The notes under the pieces: model-generated
What the model was told of the DNA's origin: nothing
Database searches by the model: none
Seen by the model: only the letters and a program-made list of their open reading frames with translations
From: Eukaryota sp. GEM-RC1
Taxonomy: Eukaryota
DNA length: 64,000 nucleotides
Reading direction: 5' to 3'
Assembly (NCBI GenBank): GCA_040285855.1
Contig: JAUFOQ010000004.1
Span: 1,240,001-1,304,000 of the forward strand
In this document: positions 12,801 to 25,738 of the stretch, piece after piece
How the letters are laid out: every line of letters starts with the position of its first letter
Position numbering within the stretch: the first letter of the stretch is position 1
Translations under genes and position numbers: made by a program

Positions 12801-15800
12801 CTAATTGTCTCTGTAAATGATTATGTAGTGGACTTAAATCAAATTTCTTACATTTCTCCTTCTGGTATTGATGATCCTTGTTGTGGTACTTTTGACAGTC
12901 CTTGTGCTTCTTTTAGAGGAGTTTTAGAAAGAATGGGAAGAAAAGGAAAGGTTTATTTCCACGAGGGAACTTACACTTTTGATCAAGGATTGGGAATAGT
13001 ACGTGATGTTGATTGGGAAGTGATTGGTCTCGGTGACGTGATTATTGATGGAAGTGATGAGACTTTATTTGATATTGTTTCGTCTTCTTTGACATTCCAA
13101 AATTTAATTATATACGGTAATAATGTTCTTTTTGAGGTTTTTAATTCATCAATCAATTTTGATTTCGTGAGTGTTCTTTCCGTCTCTAATGATAGCATGT
13201 TTTTGATTGAAAATTCCTCTTTAACTACAACAAACTGTCTGTTTGACATTGAATCTTTTCGTCTATTTGAATGTCTTAAATCGTTAGTTTTTGTTGACAA
13301 TTCTATTTTTTCTGGATCATTATCTGACTCGTTAATCTCAATGTCATCATCGTCAATGATTGCTGACAATACTATTTTTCGTTACTTGAATGTTATTAAT
13401 TTGGTTGTTTCTTCTTCATCTTCTATTGAGTTCAGTCATTCATTAATAATGGAGATTACTGCTAACATGATATTTCAATTGGATCAATCAGATATTGTCT
13501 TAACGTCTTTAAATTGTTCTTCAGTCTTTTCAAAAGCCTTTGTTTACAGTAGCTTCGGAGCTTTTGTTCTAAACGCTGTCGAAGTTGACACATCAATTTC
13601 TACTATGTGGTTCAGTTTAATCAATTGTACATTTCACTTACAGAATTTGAATTTCTCAAGTTCTGATGGTGATGCTTTCAGTGTCGTAAATTCGACAGAC
13701 TCCTCTTTATCTATGGTTTTGGTTGTTAATTCCAATCTATCCCACTTTCTTAACGTCTTGAATTCAGGACTTTCCATCAACTCTCTTTCTCTTTTCAACT
13801 GCACAGGAAGTATACTAGAACATTCTGTCAGTAGCTCAATTACTACTCAGAATTTGACCATTACTGATTCATTATTTGATACTTTGTTTTTATTATCAGA
13901 TTCGTCCTTGAGTTTATCTTTGGGTAACATTGGGTCATCGTCGTTTAATAATAGTACACTTGTGCTTTATAACTCTACCCTGGAAATGGAAGAAGTTACC
14001 ATTGATTTGGTTTCAACTTCTATTTTCTTAGAGTCAATAGATAGTAATAGTACTTTTGAGAATTTTGTAATACGTAATTATGAGTTTCTCCAGTTTTTGG
14101 TTCTAACTCGATCCAAAACTAATTTTTTCTCTCTGTTTTTGGATAGTTGTCAACTTTATGAATTAAATCTTTTAGTGTATGATATTACTTTAACTGAGTC
14201 CTATCTAACACTTAAAAAATCTAATATTTCTGGATGTGCTTCTAATCAAGACTTTAAGTTGAGTTTATATTCAGAAAAGTCTTACCTATTCTTTCTTAAT
14301 TTTGACCAAGAATTCTTCTTTTCTTCATTAGTTTTAGACCATTCTAATATCACTATAATTTCATATTTCCCAGTAATTTCTAAGTCTGTTTCAATTGATG
14401 AAGAGTCTATTATACTGGGTAATGCTCCATTACTTGATCTTTCCAGATTAATTTCAAATGTTTCAATTTTTCCTTCACAACACTGCTGTAACACGTCTTT
14501 CTGACAAGTTTCTCTGAATTTTAATAACATCGAATATCTGTCAGAGTTACTGGAACTCACAGTCCCTAATAATGATGAATTCTCCCACAACTTTGTATTG
14601 AATTCTCTTGACTTCTTTTCAATGATGTTATTTCTTTCAATCCAACGAACTATTCTATTTGTTTTAATTTTACTATTTCTAGAATATTTTCGTTCCAACA
14701 TTTATTTATCCCCATTTGTCCTATTGAGTTTGTTAGTCTAGAACCTCCAACTAGAGGTGGTTTTGTACCACTTTTGCTTTTAATCTTGGGTTAGATCCTA
14801 TTGTTATTCATCATTCCACTGCTTTGATCAATCAAAGTCTTGAATATTCTTCAAATTATCATGAGTATTTGAACTTCTTCTTTTTGAAGGTCATGGTTGT
14901 CATGAAATGGTTCTTTCTAGATTAACTGATGCAGAAATTTTATATTTTAAATATTGTTTCAAACGTGCTCATATTCAAACTAGTTTTCCCAATCCTTTCC
15001 CTTTAACAGGACTATTGACTATTACAGCAACAGATTTCTCCACAAATTTTGAATTTTTTGCTATTCTTTCAAGCTTTTCTCAAGCGGAACTTCGTAATTA
15101 TACACACGAAGAAATTATTTTACACATTCCCTATATTTGTAATATCACTTCCACTGAATTTGACGTTTATTTAATAATCGGAAATCAGTCTAGTAATTCT
15201 TATCAACTCAATTTTGGTCCGCCAAGAGTTACTTATCAACCTATTCCTCTTTCTCCTTCTGGTGAAACTATTCTTTTACGTGATTCAAATTTTTCAAAAA
15301 TGTTGAACTGTTACCATAACTCATCTATTGAATTTTCAGTTAGTAGTGCTACTTTTGAAATAGTGCTTGATGATGAAGTAAATGTTAGAACTGGTTAATT
15401 GTATGGATCAACTGCGTTTGTAATCGATATCCAGTATTTTAAGGATTTCAATTTTTAATTTCTATTCCGGTCACGTCATTTGTTGCTAGAGATACCCCAT
15501 TTGTTTGTTTTGTCGGTATTGCTTGTGAAATTGAAGTTTATAGTTATCAGGAAGAATTCTCGTTTCTTGAAACTTATATTGAACCCAGTGTTCCTGATAG
15601 TATATATTTTCTTTATTTTGGTTCAAATGTTTCTTCTGCTTTTGTGACATTTATTTCTTATGTTCCTGGATTTCCACAAGATTTGAAAATTTGTGCACAT
15701 TTTGGATGTTTTTCTATTTTTAACTTACCTTTTGTTGTTGAACCGGCTTATTTATCTCCAAATCATTTCCAATGGTTAAATGAGCCTATAACTACCGAAG

Positions 15801-18800
15801 TTCTGGTTGAAGTTGAGGGCATTTCATTTTACAGTTTCTCTGTAATCCAAAACAGTTTTTATTTTGACAATTGTCCATCTTTGTTATCTTATCTAAGTGA
15901 ATCTTACATGATCTTTGATATGGTGATTTCTCAAATAGGAAATTGTTTATTAGTTGGATCTTCTTTTTAAATATTGTCCCATTCAACATGTCCATTGAAA
16001 TCAAGAATTTTATTATTTTTCCACCAGAGGTTAGATTTAATTCACAAATTCAATTTGTACTTAGTGAAGATATTTCTCATCTCTTCATAACACACGGAAG
16101 TCAAACTATTTCCGTACGGAATGGTGCCAATATTTTAAATTTGAAGGATTCTGACACCTTCATTACTCTTCACAGATACTCTCAGTCAATGAATGTCAGT
16201 TTTGTTACTTCTTTCATTTACTCATTAATTCCTGATGTGATTGAGGTAAATCACCCTCAATCCATTTTTATTGATCAAAACACCTTATTGTATGATTTAG
16301 ATGTCAGTTGTTCTGGTAACTGTGATTTGGCTTTGGATCATCTTCCGAACTCCACTATCAAGGTTTCTTTTACTGGTATTGAACCTGGATCAATTGTACT
16401 GGAGTTTTACGTCAACTATTATAATTCAAATTTCTACTTCCGAATCCCAATATCAGTAGAAAGACCTCCTGTATTTGAACTTTTAAGTCCAAATGTTGTG
16501 TTTACCTCTGTAAATTCTTTAGTTTTCATTCACAGTTACTCACATTTTGATTTGGAATCCTCTTTTCATTTGATGATTCTATTATTGAACCTACTAATGC
16601 TGAGCTCCTCTCCAGTTCTGATTCCTTCTTTGTTTACAGATTTGAACTGAATCTTACTTCCATGTCAGTTCTTGAAGGGGAATATGTCCAAGACCTATGT
16701 TGGAGTCAGATAGGGTTCAGAAGACAATTGGTTACTGAAATTAAAATATTTAATTTGGATTTCAGTAGTAACGATCAGGTAAGTGTTTTTGAACATCGTG
16801 ATATTTCTGTTCACTTCCGAGGAAATCTTACTTCAAAAGTGACTTGTTCTATTGATGGTCAAATCTTCGTTGGAAAAGTTGTTGATAATGTGTTGGTTTG
16901 CAAGAGTGTCCGGCTTCCAACATTTCAACAACACGTGCGTGTTGACGTTTACTATGATCAATTTCTTTTGAATTCTTTTGAACTTTCTGGTGAGGTTTTT
17001 TTGGAGGAGATATGCTTTCAAACATTTCATCATCATCCTTTGGTTAATTCTTCTGAAATTATTTCAAATCAGAACACAAATTTAATATTCGACGGCTCAA
17101 GATGCTGTAGTGTTGATGTTTCCTATTGTTCAGAATTAATGTTAAAAAAAGAATTAGTTACATTCGATTTTCCGTCCCTATTTGACATTCATCACGTTAT
17201 TATCACGTCTAATTCTAGTTGCGAAGATATTGATTTTGGACTTCCTTTTGAACTGATCGCCAATGATCACGCTATTTCACCTTCTATTATTTGTAAGCAA
17301 ATTCCTAGCGGATATTCCTTCGCATCAATGTGTGAGATAGATGTAATTTTTCCAAATACTTCTGAGATTACTCTAGTAGCTCTAGAAGATGTTTACTTAC
17401 TAGAAGTAGAGTTTTATGGATACAAATCTAATTCTTGTTTTAAACCTTTTCATGGGGAAAAGGTGTTACTTCACTAGGAGAAGTAATTGATGAAGTTGTT
17501 TATTTGAGATTTAATAATCAATCGTTTGATTCAATTTCAGAATTCAAACAATTCGTAATTGATAAGTCAACGTTCTGGTCATCGTCATTTCTTACTTTTC
17601 CCACTGAGTTGTATTCTCCTTATTGTTATTATTCTACTGTTAGTTATCCAACTGTTTTGACTGCTTCATCAGCATCATCTTTTGTCTTTCTAGCTGATGT
17701 AGTAGAACTAAATCCACAATTTTTAAACATTTCTATCCCAATTATTTGTGTTGATGCTTTAAATTTCATTGTTCACTGTAGTGATATGTTTACAGTAACG
17801 ACGTCAACATTTGAATTCTTGAATTTTGAATTTTTAAACAATTCATTGATTTTCTCTTTCCTGAATTTGATCAAACTAGGAGAACATTCATTATCAATGA
17901 CTTATGGGCAAAGTCAATTTTACTGGAATGGGATTATTGTTCAAAATTTCAATGAAATATTTGAAATTAGTGATTTGAGAACTAGTAAGTGTGATCATCA
18001 TTTTACTTTAGTTAATACGTGTACATCATTGGACTTTGCGTCCACATTAATAACTCAAAATCCTTTTACTAATCAATCGAAAATAATTTTGATGTCAGAT
18101 TTAAGTATAGATCTTGAGTTTGATACTTCAGTCCTGCATGTTGTTAATGGATCAACTTTGGAGATTATTGGACCTCCACATCAATCAATGACGATTACAC
18201 TTTCCTATCTGTCCCAATCTACTACTATCGATTTAGTTTCAAATGATTGTCACTTTCCTAAATTGAATTCTCGACATGGATGTTTATGTCCAAAAGGAAT
18301 GGAATTTAATTCTCTTGGTGAGTGTGTGGAATGTTCTTTAAATTATTACTCACATTTTGAATTTAATTCAGAGTGTAGATCTTGTCCTTTTCCTAGAATT
18401 ACTCTTCAAAAAGGTTCTAGTGATCTTGACCATTGTGTTTGTCCTTTAAACACTCTAGATTCTATAGACTCTTGTTTACCTTGTCCTCATTTAGCTGAAT
18501 GTGGATACGGAAATTTGACTGCAATTGAACCTGGTTTTAGATTAAATACTGATACTTGGGAACTAGATGAGTGTAATTTTTGGTTCAATTGTCATCAAAA
18601 TTCTTGCAGATCACGTCATGCTTATGGAGATTTGTGTCAATATTGTACTGAAGATGCTGTATTTAGCAAGATTTATTGTTTTGGTATGGAAAATACTTGG
18701 TTAAAAGTACTATCATTTCTTTGTTTTACTTCTATTTTGTTTGTTGCTGATAGATTAGTTATTCGACTTTCTATTGTTGAATCAAAGTTCAAGTATATTC

Positions 18801-19429
18801 GACTGGCAGCGTCATCACTTTCTACATTTGGTCAAAAAAGATTATTGGAACAATTTTCAAATTACTTTAATATTCTTAATATCATCTTTTTTGTTTTGCC
18901 TCCGATTTTCTTTCGTAGGGCGTCTATTTGGGTGATTTTCATTGAATTTTTATCTTCTATATTTCATTTTGATTCGTCACGAATGTTGTTTGTTGTTTTT
19001 ATGGTCTCAATGTGTGGACTTTCGAAAATCGTATTATCACGATTTTTTAAAATTTGTAATTTCAATGTGAGACATAGTGCTTTCTTACTAGGAGCGGTAC
19101 TTTTCTCTATCAATTTTCTGTTTGGTACATCACTTTTTTTTCTTAATCATGAAGGGCCATCATTTTGGCAAACTGTATTTCTGAGTTTTCACTTGAGTTT
19201 TGTAATTTATGTGTTGATAGTACAACGTCATTCTCCTTATTTTCTATCACTAATATGCTACTTTGTAATCCTTTTTGCTTCTTTATTTGAGAGTTTAATG
19301 TATTTTATAATTCAAAACCTTATGTTAGTTTTGCTTATCAGTTTCTCCACTACTACTATTGAGGTAATTCTTTATGGAATTTCTTTACTTTTCAGTATGC
19401 CGTTTACTTTTAGTTTCTTGAAATTGTAG
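6844..19429 (+). pseudogene. Giant surface-protein paralog B, full length (~4,190 codons): signal peptide, RCC1 propeller (~7360-8380), LamG (~9060-9640 and ~10443-11030), beta-solenoid, TIG-like, stalk type 2, Cys-rich, TM type 1
   Basis: ATG 6844 gives MFLTVLLLFFCCWAHP (signal-like). RCC1 motifs VYSWGRNRNGQLGIG and LWSWGSNSLGQLGTG; LamG motifs WISLIVTTD…MYVNG…FKGRIRRVAVF. About ten homopolymer frameshifts plus two in-frame stops: TGA 14502-14504 (TGT in C) and TAA 15396-15398 (TCA in D). Confidence 0.85.
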
Positions 19430-19454
19430 ACTTGTGAGCATTGTTTATTGGCTC
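19430..19454 (+). repeat. Conserved 25-nt post-stop element (copy B)
   Basis: ACTTGTGAGCATTGTTTATTGGCTC; matches 5808-5832 and the reverse complement of 28360-28384. Confidence 0.85.
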
Positions 19455-19690
19455 AAATTGTGGTTCCGATCATAGTTGGGATTCTTCATTTTTGTCATTG
19501 ATTCCTTAATTTTTTCGACTACACGTACACTTCAAGAAACGGTTAGACTAATATGTCTTATTTTTTTGAAAAGTGCTCTTGTGAGACTAAATTTGACCTG
19601 ATATTTCATAATACACCAACTATTATTTCTAAGTTATTTCCAAATGTTTCCTGTAACACTAAGGTATAGTGTATTGTTGATGAAGACATA

Positions 19691-20334
19691 TCGTCGAGGT
19701 TCCAATACAAGCAAGGTCCTAATACAAGCATAGTAAAGGGTATGTTTGTATTGTTTCACAAAATTCACTCACACATTACTTTTAAAAAATACCGATCTCT
19801 ATATATAAAACCGTAGAGAGTCATATTGGAATTATTCATAGATTTCATTTACTAGTTGGACAAACGCCCTTACTTTGTATAAATTGTACACTCACCCAAA
19901 AGGAACCTGATGGACAAGTCTGTAACGCAAAAAGAACTAAACTTCTAAGAAACAATAATACAATGCAGTTTCTCAATTTTTACGGCAATTAAATTTGTTC
20001 TAAATTCACTAGCTTTAGAGAATCATTTGAAGCAACGGTAGTCGTTGCTTTTCGGGATTAACGAAAATCTTGTTTGACCAAGATATTGTAGACCTGTTAT
20101 ATTTTGATGTTTATTTTGGTTGAATTGATCTACATGTCTGTCGGAATTGTTCAGCATATTTTAATAACAACTGATTGACGTTTTCAAGTGTCCATTCCAA
20201 TGTTAATGATCTTGTCATGATTAATATTTCATTACACAAAAGAAAGACTTAAAGGACCCTAATACACGCACAGTTCCATAGTAAGGGGTATGCTGGTATA
20301 GTTTTTAAGGTTGCTTGTATTGGGACCTCGACGA
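19691..20334. mobile_element. Non-autonomous Tc1/mariner/pogo-type element (MITE-like, 644 bp) with 24-bp TIRs and TA on both sides
   Basis: TCGTCGAGGTTCCAATACAAGCAA (19691-19714) versus TTGCTTGTATTGGGACCTCGACGA (20311-20334), one mismatch. TA at 19689-19690 and 20335-20336. Subterminal copies of CCTAATACA(A/C)GCA and TAGTAA(A/G)GGGTATG near both ends. Confidence 0.85.
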
Positions 20335-20402
20335 TAGACAATTACAGAATGAAAATATAAACTATGACCCAACACTTAAAATTTCTCAGCAACGATGCCA
20401 CA

Positions 20403-20660
20403 TTACACATCCAGTTTTGTCAAAATTGATTTAATGTATTTGGGACCGTTCGGAACAGAAAAAAAAACAATCGGTTTTTGCCAAAGTTATACGTTGAATC
20501 TCTTTTTCTGAGCTCGTGCAAACTAGTAGACCCAAAATCAATTAAAAACTGAACATCCATTTCACCAATCCTACCAAAAATATTAGTAGCAAATGGAACA
20601 AACCCAAATTTTGAACATTGCTTTCAACTGAGCTTAGCAGCATTCTTTTATCTGTTTCAA
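20403..20660 (-). mobile_element. Remnant of the C-terminal restriction-like endonuclease (RLE) region of a non-LTR retrotransposon
   Basis: Minus-strand translation CSKFGFVPFATNIFGRIGEMDVQFLIDF…RKKRFNV*LWQ aligns by eye with SKFVFQPFAVSLFGSISPVGDQFFKD…KKRKF…WKNR at 21350-21490. Confidence 0.65.
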
Positions 20661-21059
20661 TGAATCTGTTTAGTCAAAGACACCTCATATTACTATATCA
20701 TGCCTAATCCAACTGTTTGCTCTATTAGGCAGGGGCTATAACTAAGAACATAGTTTTCGACTTGTGAAAAAATTAACACTGTTGTGCTCTAGTGGGCATG
20801 ATATAGTAGTGACTTAATTGACCTAGAACATCAACTGAACTATCTCTTTTGATCAACCCACAATGGAATTTAGATACTTCAAGTATCGCATCATAATGCA
20901 AGAACTTGTTAATAAAGAATGCAAGTATTGTCAAGAAAACAAAGTTTACAATGAACACTGTAGTGTGTTTTGACCAGTGTTCGAACATTTTCCACCCGGA
21001 CACCACGCGAGTGAGTTTTTCATTTCCACCCGGTTGGTCACCGGGTGACATTAAAGAAC

Positions 21060-21669
21060 GAGACATAAGTTTTAGTGCAAAAACTACTTTATACACCATA
21101 TTTACTCTAAAGTTGAACCAGTTTTGAATCATCTTTCAGAAAATGAATGTACTGATCAACAAAGAGGACATCTCCATTCTCCGTGGCTAAATTCGAGTCA
21201 ATCATTAATGGATTTTACTCCAGTAGATGTTTGTAACAAATCTTGCGTTAGTAGGATGTTGGATTCTTCTTTTAATCCGTTAACAGCTGCTGAAAAGCTC
21301 AAACACTCTAAGTATGACTCTCAAGTTGAAGAATTAAATCGAAACTCAAATTCCAAATTTGTGTTTCAACCTTTTGCTGTTTCTCTTTTTGGATCTATTA
21401 GTCCTGTTGGTGATCAATTTTTCAAGGATGTCGAAGAACTGTGTAAAGAAAAGAAGCGTAAGTTTGTAAATGACTGAATGGAAAAACCGTATAGTGTTTT
21501 CCATATATCGGAATATGCCTTTCTATTTCCCTCGATTAATTGAGAAATTGTACAAGTTTGGTGTGAAGGTTAATGTTTAAAAACGTAATCTTTTACCGGG
21601 TGGTGATGAAGTCGTTTGGATTTAATCATAGTATTATTTGTTTGTTTTTACAATTTCATAGTTTTGTAG
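21060..21669 (+). mobile_element. 3' remnant of an RLE-type (CRE/R2-like) non-LTR retrotransposon, including a putative T-rich 3' UTR
   Basis: HIYSKVEPVL…QRGHLHSPW…MDFTPVD…AAEKLKHSKY…FQPFAVSLFG follows the EP…RxD…W…D-x-T…(E)xxKxxKY…FxP…G pattern of RLE domains. After a frameshift it continues as WKNRIVFSIY. Confidence 0.75.
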
Positions 21670-24600
21670 GGCAACCCTCTTGTTCTAACTGTTAAGTCTC
21701 TTTATTCTTTCGGAGAACGTCTCTTTCCTGGTGATGTCATGTATTTATGTTTAAAATTGTTGTTTGAAATTCATGTTCTAAAGGATCCTATTAGTGCAAC
21801 GGTAACTATAAGTACCATCAATACTCTGGATATTGACTGTAAACCTGACGAATCCATCATCATTTGGCGTGCAATTCAACAACTTGAAGCCCTCAGAAGA
21901 CAGCAATCAACTGGTCAAGACGTCGACACTTCCTCTTTTGTTCTGTTTCAGCGTCAACAAACTCATTTAGCTGAACTTCATCGTGATTGTCTTGATGGAT
22001 TATATGCTTTTTGGACTGTGCTTTCAAAACCTAAAGTTGACTTAACTTTACTACCTTCAATTCTAGGAATAGTTCACAAGAGTAAACAAACAATTGTTTC
22101 TAGTTTTACTCAATTACTTCGTCAACATGGAAATCAACAATCACTACTCACTTCTTATGCATCCTATGTTAGAGAAGTTGAATGTGATGAAGAACGTGCT
22201 ATTGCTCTAGATGAACAAGCTCAGGAGCTATCTGCTAGTGAGAGAAATTCAAGTCAAGGAGCCAGTTCATATGCTGGATCGTTTACTATTTCAAAATCTG
22301 GAAAGAAGAAGAAAACAAAAAGAAGTTCAAAGTTTAATCTCGACTCAATGACAACTTCTGGTGGTCAAGAATCTAAAAGGAGTGCCATTGCTGTTCTTCA
22401 ATTCTCAGTAATAGTTGCTTTCATCATTATGACTCTCATTGCTGCTGCTTCTTTTCTTCTATCCGCTAATGTTCTGGCTTCTGCTTCAGATCGAATTGAC
22501 CAATTATATGAACTTTCCCATGTTCATTCTGTTTCTGAGTTGATTGGATTAACAGCTGGGCGTGTTTTTTTAAATTTGAATGGTCAAATCACTGAAAATT
22601 TCGCTAATGTCCTAATTAAAGAATCTGAACATTTGACTTTTCATTTGAGAAGATTATCTTTATTACACCCTTTAGATGACGATTACACTGAAGTTCCTTG
22701 TCCAAGATCAGACGCCAGGTCAATCAAACCTCCTTCCAGTGACTTACAAACAGAGATGCGAACACTCAGATTCCCAGTAATTCTTGTCAATAACTTTGTC
22801 CCTCTTTTAGAAGAAGCTAGAGTGCTTTCTGCCTGGAACTTGGGACTTGCACAAGCTTTACATAGTACTAGAGCGGGTACAATATTGGATTCTGGTACCT
22901 CTTTAACTTTTGAACATTTAACTAGTATTAGAGGAAGTTTGAATGGATTCTCTAACGCCCTTGACAATATCTATGATTGGTTAGTTTCTGATTCTGACTC
23001 TTTCTTCAGTCTTTCATTCGCTATTCAAATTTTAATGAATATTTTAATTTCAGTTGTCATTTTAGTTATTGGTTTTGTACTGTTCGCTAAATCTTTTACC
23101 AAAATTACTGATGAACGAATCACCATATTAAACTTGTTTTTGTATATTCCACAAACCGAAATTCAAAAATTGATGAATGATCCAAAATTTGATTATATGA
23201 GGAAGAAAAAAAGGAAAGCCAAAACTTCTTTTTCCGTGACTGCATCTTCTGATGAAGATTCCGATACTGAAGTTTCATGTAAATCTAAGTCAAAAATAGA
23301 TAACGATGTTTTGTTTGAATTACAAGAGACCAATTCCTCATCTTCAGAAGAGAAAGACAAGACACACGTTCCAGTTCCAATTTTAATCAATATTTTAACT
23401 ATTGCTTTAACGATCATCTGTCTTGCTATTGGAGGTGTATCAATTTTTCTCTTATTAAACATTACTAATGACAATGATGAAGTTAATTCTCAATTCCGTG
23501 TAGCACTCGATGCAATAAATACTGCTGCTGACGTGACCTTGATTGACCATGACGTGTCTGCTGCAATGCAGCTATTTACTGCTTTTGGTGACGATCAATT
23601 CCTACTCAAATATTTTAATTTAATTCATTCTGGGAGACGACAACGAGCTCTAACTAGTTTCCTTGCTCTTGACTTGACTGAAGATCAGTTATTGTCCATT
23701 TCACAGGTTGGTACTTATGCAAATGCGATTAGAAGACTCGAATTCATTTCTGGACGATTAATCTGCTCTGTTTTTGATGTTGATGAATCTCTTTGCTCAA
23801 GATTTAATGGTTTTAATTATGACGCTCAATTAGAGACTAACTATTTCCGAGACAAATTAGAATTTGACGATGTTTTCTGGTATTCTACTTTAGAACAAGA
23901 CCTTGAGAGGTCAGTGGACGATCGTTTGAATATAGCTAGGAATGCCCAGTATAATTCACGATTAGCTGCAGTTTTCCTCTCTCTATTGTTTACACTTGAA
24001 GGTACTGCTATTGCCATTGTAGACTCTTTGTTTGATTCTATTAATGAGATATATAATGGTGTTAGTTCCGAGTTCCTGTTTTTCTGGGCAGCTATTATTA
24101 GTACCACAATCATTGTTATAATTATAAGTGTTATTGGAGTTTTGAATCGAAAACGTTTACGTGTTGCTGGTTTCTTTTTGTACATCTTTGTTGCTTTATT
24201 TGTAGTTCTCATTGCATCAGCTGTTTACTTCTCCACTACTGCAGAATCTGTCTTTGTTCACGATATTTCTCCACTTATTATTGAATCTCGACGAGTTTTT
24301 GACATGGTTGTCGCTGTGGAGTGGCAATTTAACTTTCTACGAAGAAGATTTGATCAATTGACAGTTTCAAATACCTTTGAACATTTTGTGTCAGCTCAGG
24401 AGTCGTACCAAACTTTACGTCAACATGTTGCATCATTTGACTCTAGTTTTGTCTCTCATCCAGCATTGATACAAGCTATTGATTCAATCAACCATCAATT
24501 GGATTTGATTGACGGCAGATTGATGGAGTATATCCAGCGAGTACAAATCATTGCTACATTGGCCACGTATCACCTTCCCGAATATGAGTCATCAACTTTA

Positions 24601-25700
24601 GTTAACATTTCTTGGGATATTGACCAATTACCATTAAATGAAAGAAACACTTGGGTTTTGCCTCATGGATATAGTCTCAGCAATTCAGAAACAGATTTGT
24701 CAAAAGAGGTTGAATATTCAAAAAATACTTCCAGGGCTATCCTTACTTCTAAATATTTCCAATCTTTAACTAGAGATGTAGTTGATTCTTTAGCAGAAAT
24801 ACGAAAATTGTCAATAATTTAGAATTAACAGTATATTTGATTGTTGGTTTGCTTGTTTCTACTGTATTGTGCTGTTTCTTTATCGTGTTATCTGGACTTA
24901 AGCAAAAGTTGAAAGCCTCCCATGTTAAACAAAAGATTTCTTTTCCAGTAATGGTTAATTACACCAAACAGTATGTCGTTTCACTTTCAGTTTTATTCAT
25001 TATTCTATCAATGTTTTATTTCGGATCTCTCATTGGTTTTACTCAACTTCGACCTTTGCCCAGATTAATTCAAGATTATGGCACTAGATCAGCTCTAATC
25101 ACGCGATCTACAAATGATGTTGTTTCTGCATTAATTGATTCAGAACAACAGGTTCATTATTTAAATAATGCCAAAATTTCCCTTCATAGTCTCACACGAC
25201 TTCACCATGCTTTGGTTGTAAATCATATTGACAAGGACTTTAAACAGACAGAGTTACTTTTTGACAGTAAATTTATCAAGAACTCTAAAGCTATCTCCTC
25301 TTTGGATGAGAATCATGGCCTTCACAGTTTTTTAATTAATTATATTAATTTCGCTGAATTGTTCGCCACTCAAGATATTTCCATAGATTATTCAAATTCT
25401 AGTCCTGATTTGGCAAATCTTTTGATTCATTTTGATACTCTTTCTGAAATGTCATTGGAAGCTATCGATAACATTCACAGTTACTCAATTAAACAAATCG
25501 ACGTCTTTTCCACTTATATTATGGTCGTTTTCATTGGTTTTATTGTTGTTCTTGCGACTTCTTACGTTTTTGTATTTCGTACAATGTTGAGAGATTTAAA
25601 AGAAGAAGAGGTTTTAACACTGGAATTCTTGGAAATGATTCCTGAAGGTATTATGTCCAAAATAAGTGGTATTCAGAGCTTCCTTGCTACGATTCAATGA
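21670..25700 (+). CDS. TmcB/TmcC-like multi-pass membrane protein, lacking its N-terminal part; one frameshift
   Basis: Frame is open from 21670 (GNPLVLTVKSLYSFGERLFPGD…). FWTVLSK…FTQLLRQHGNQQSLLTSYASYVREVECDEE resembles the TPR-like segment of TmcB/C. There are several TM-flanked extracellular domains and twin motifs ERITILNLFLYIP and EEVLTLEFLEMIP. Adding one A to the run at 24804-24807 joins ORFs 21739-24822 and 24837-25700 (EIRKIVNNLELTVYLIVG). Confidence 0.7.
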
Positions 25701-25738
25701 TTGGATTGTAAAAATGTTCTAGTTTTTAAATAGTGTAT

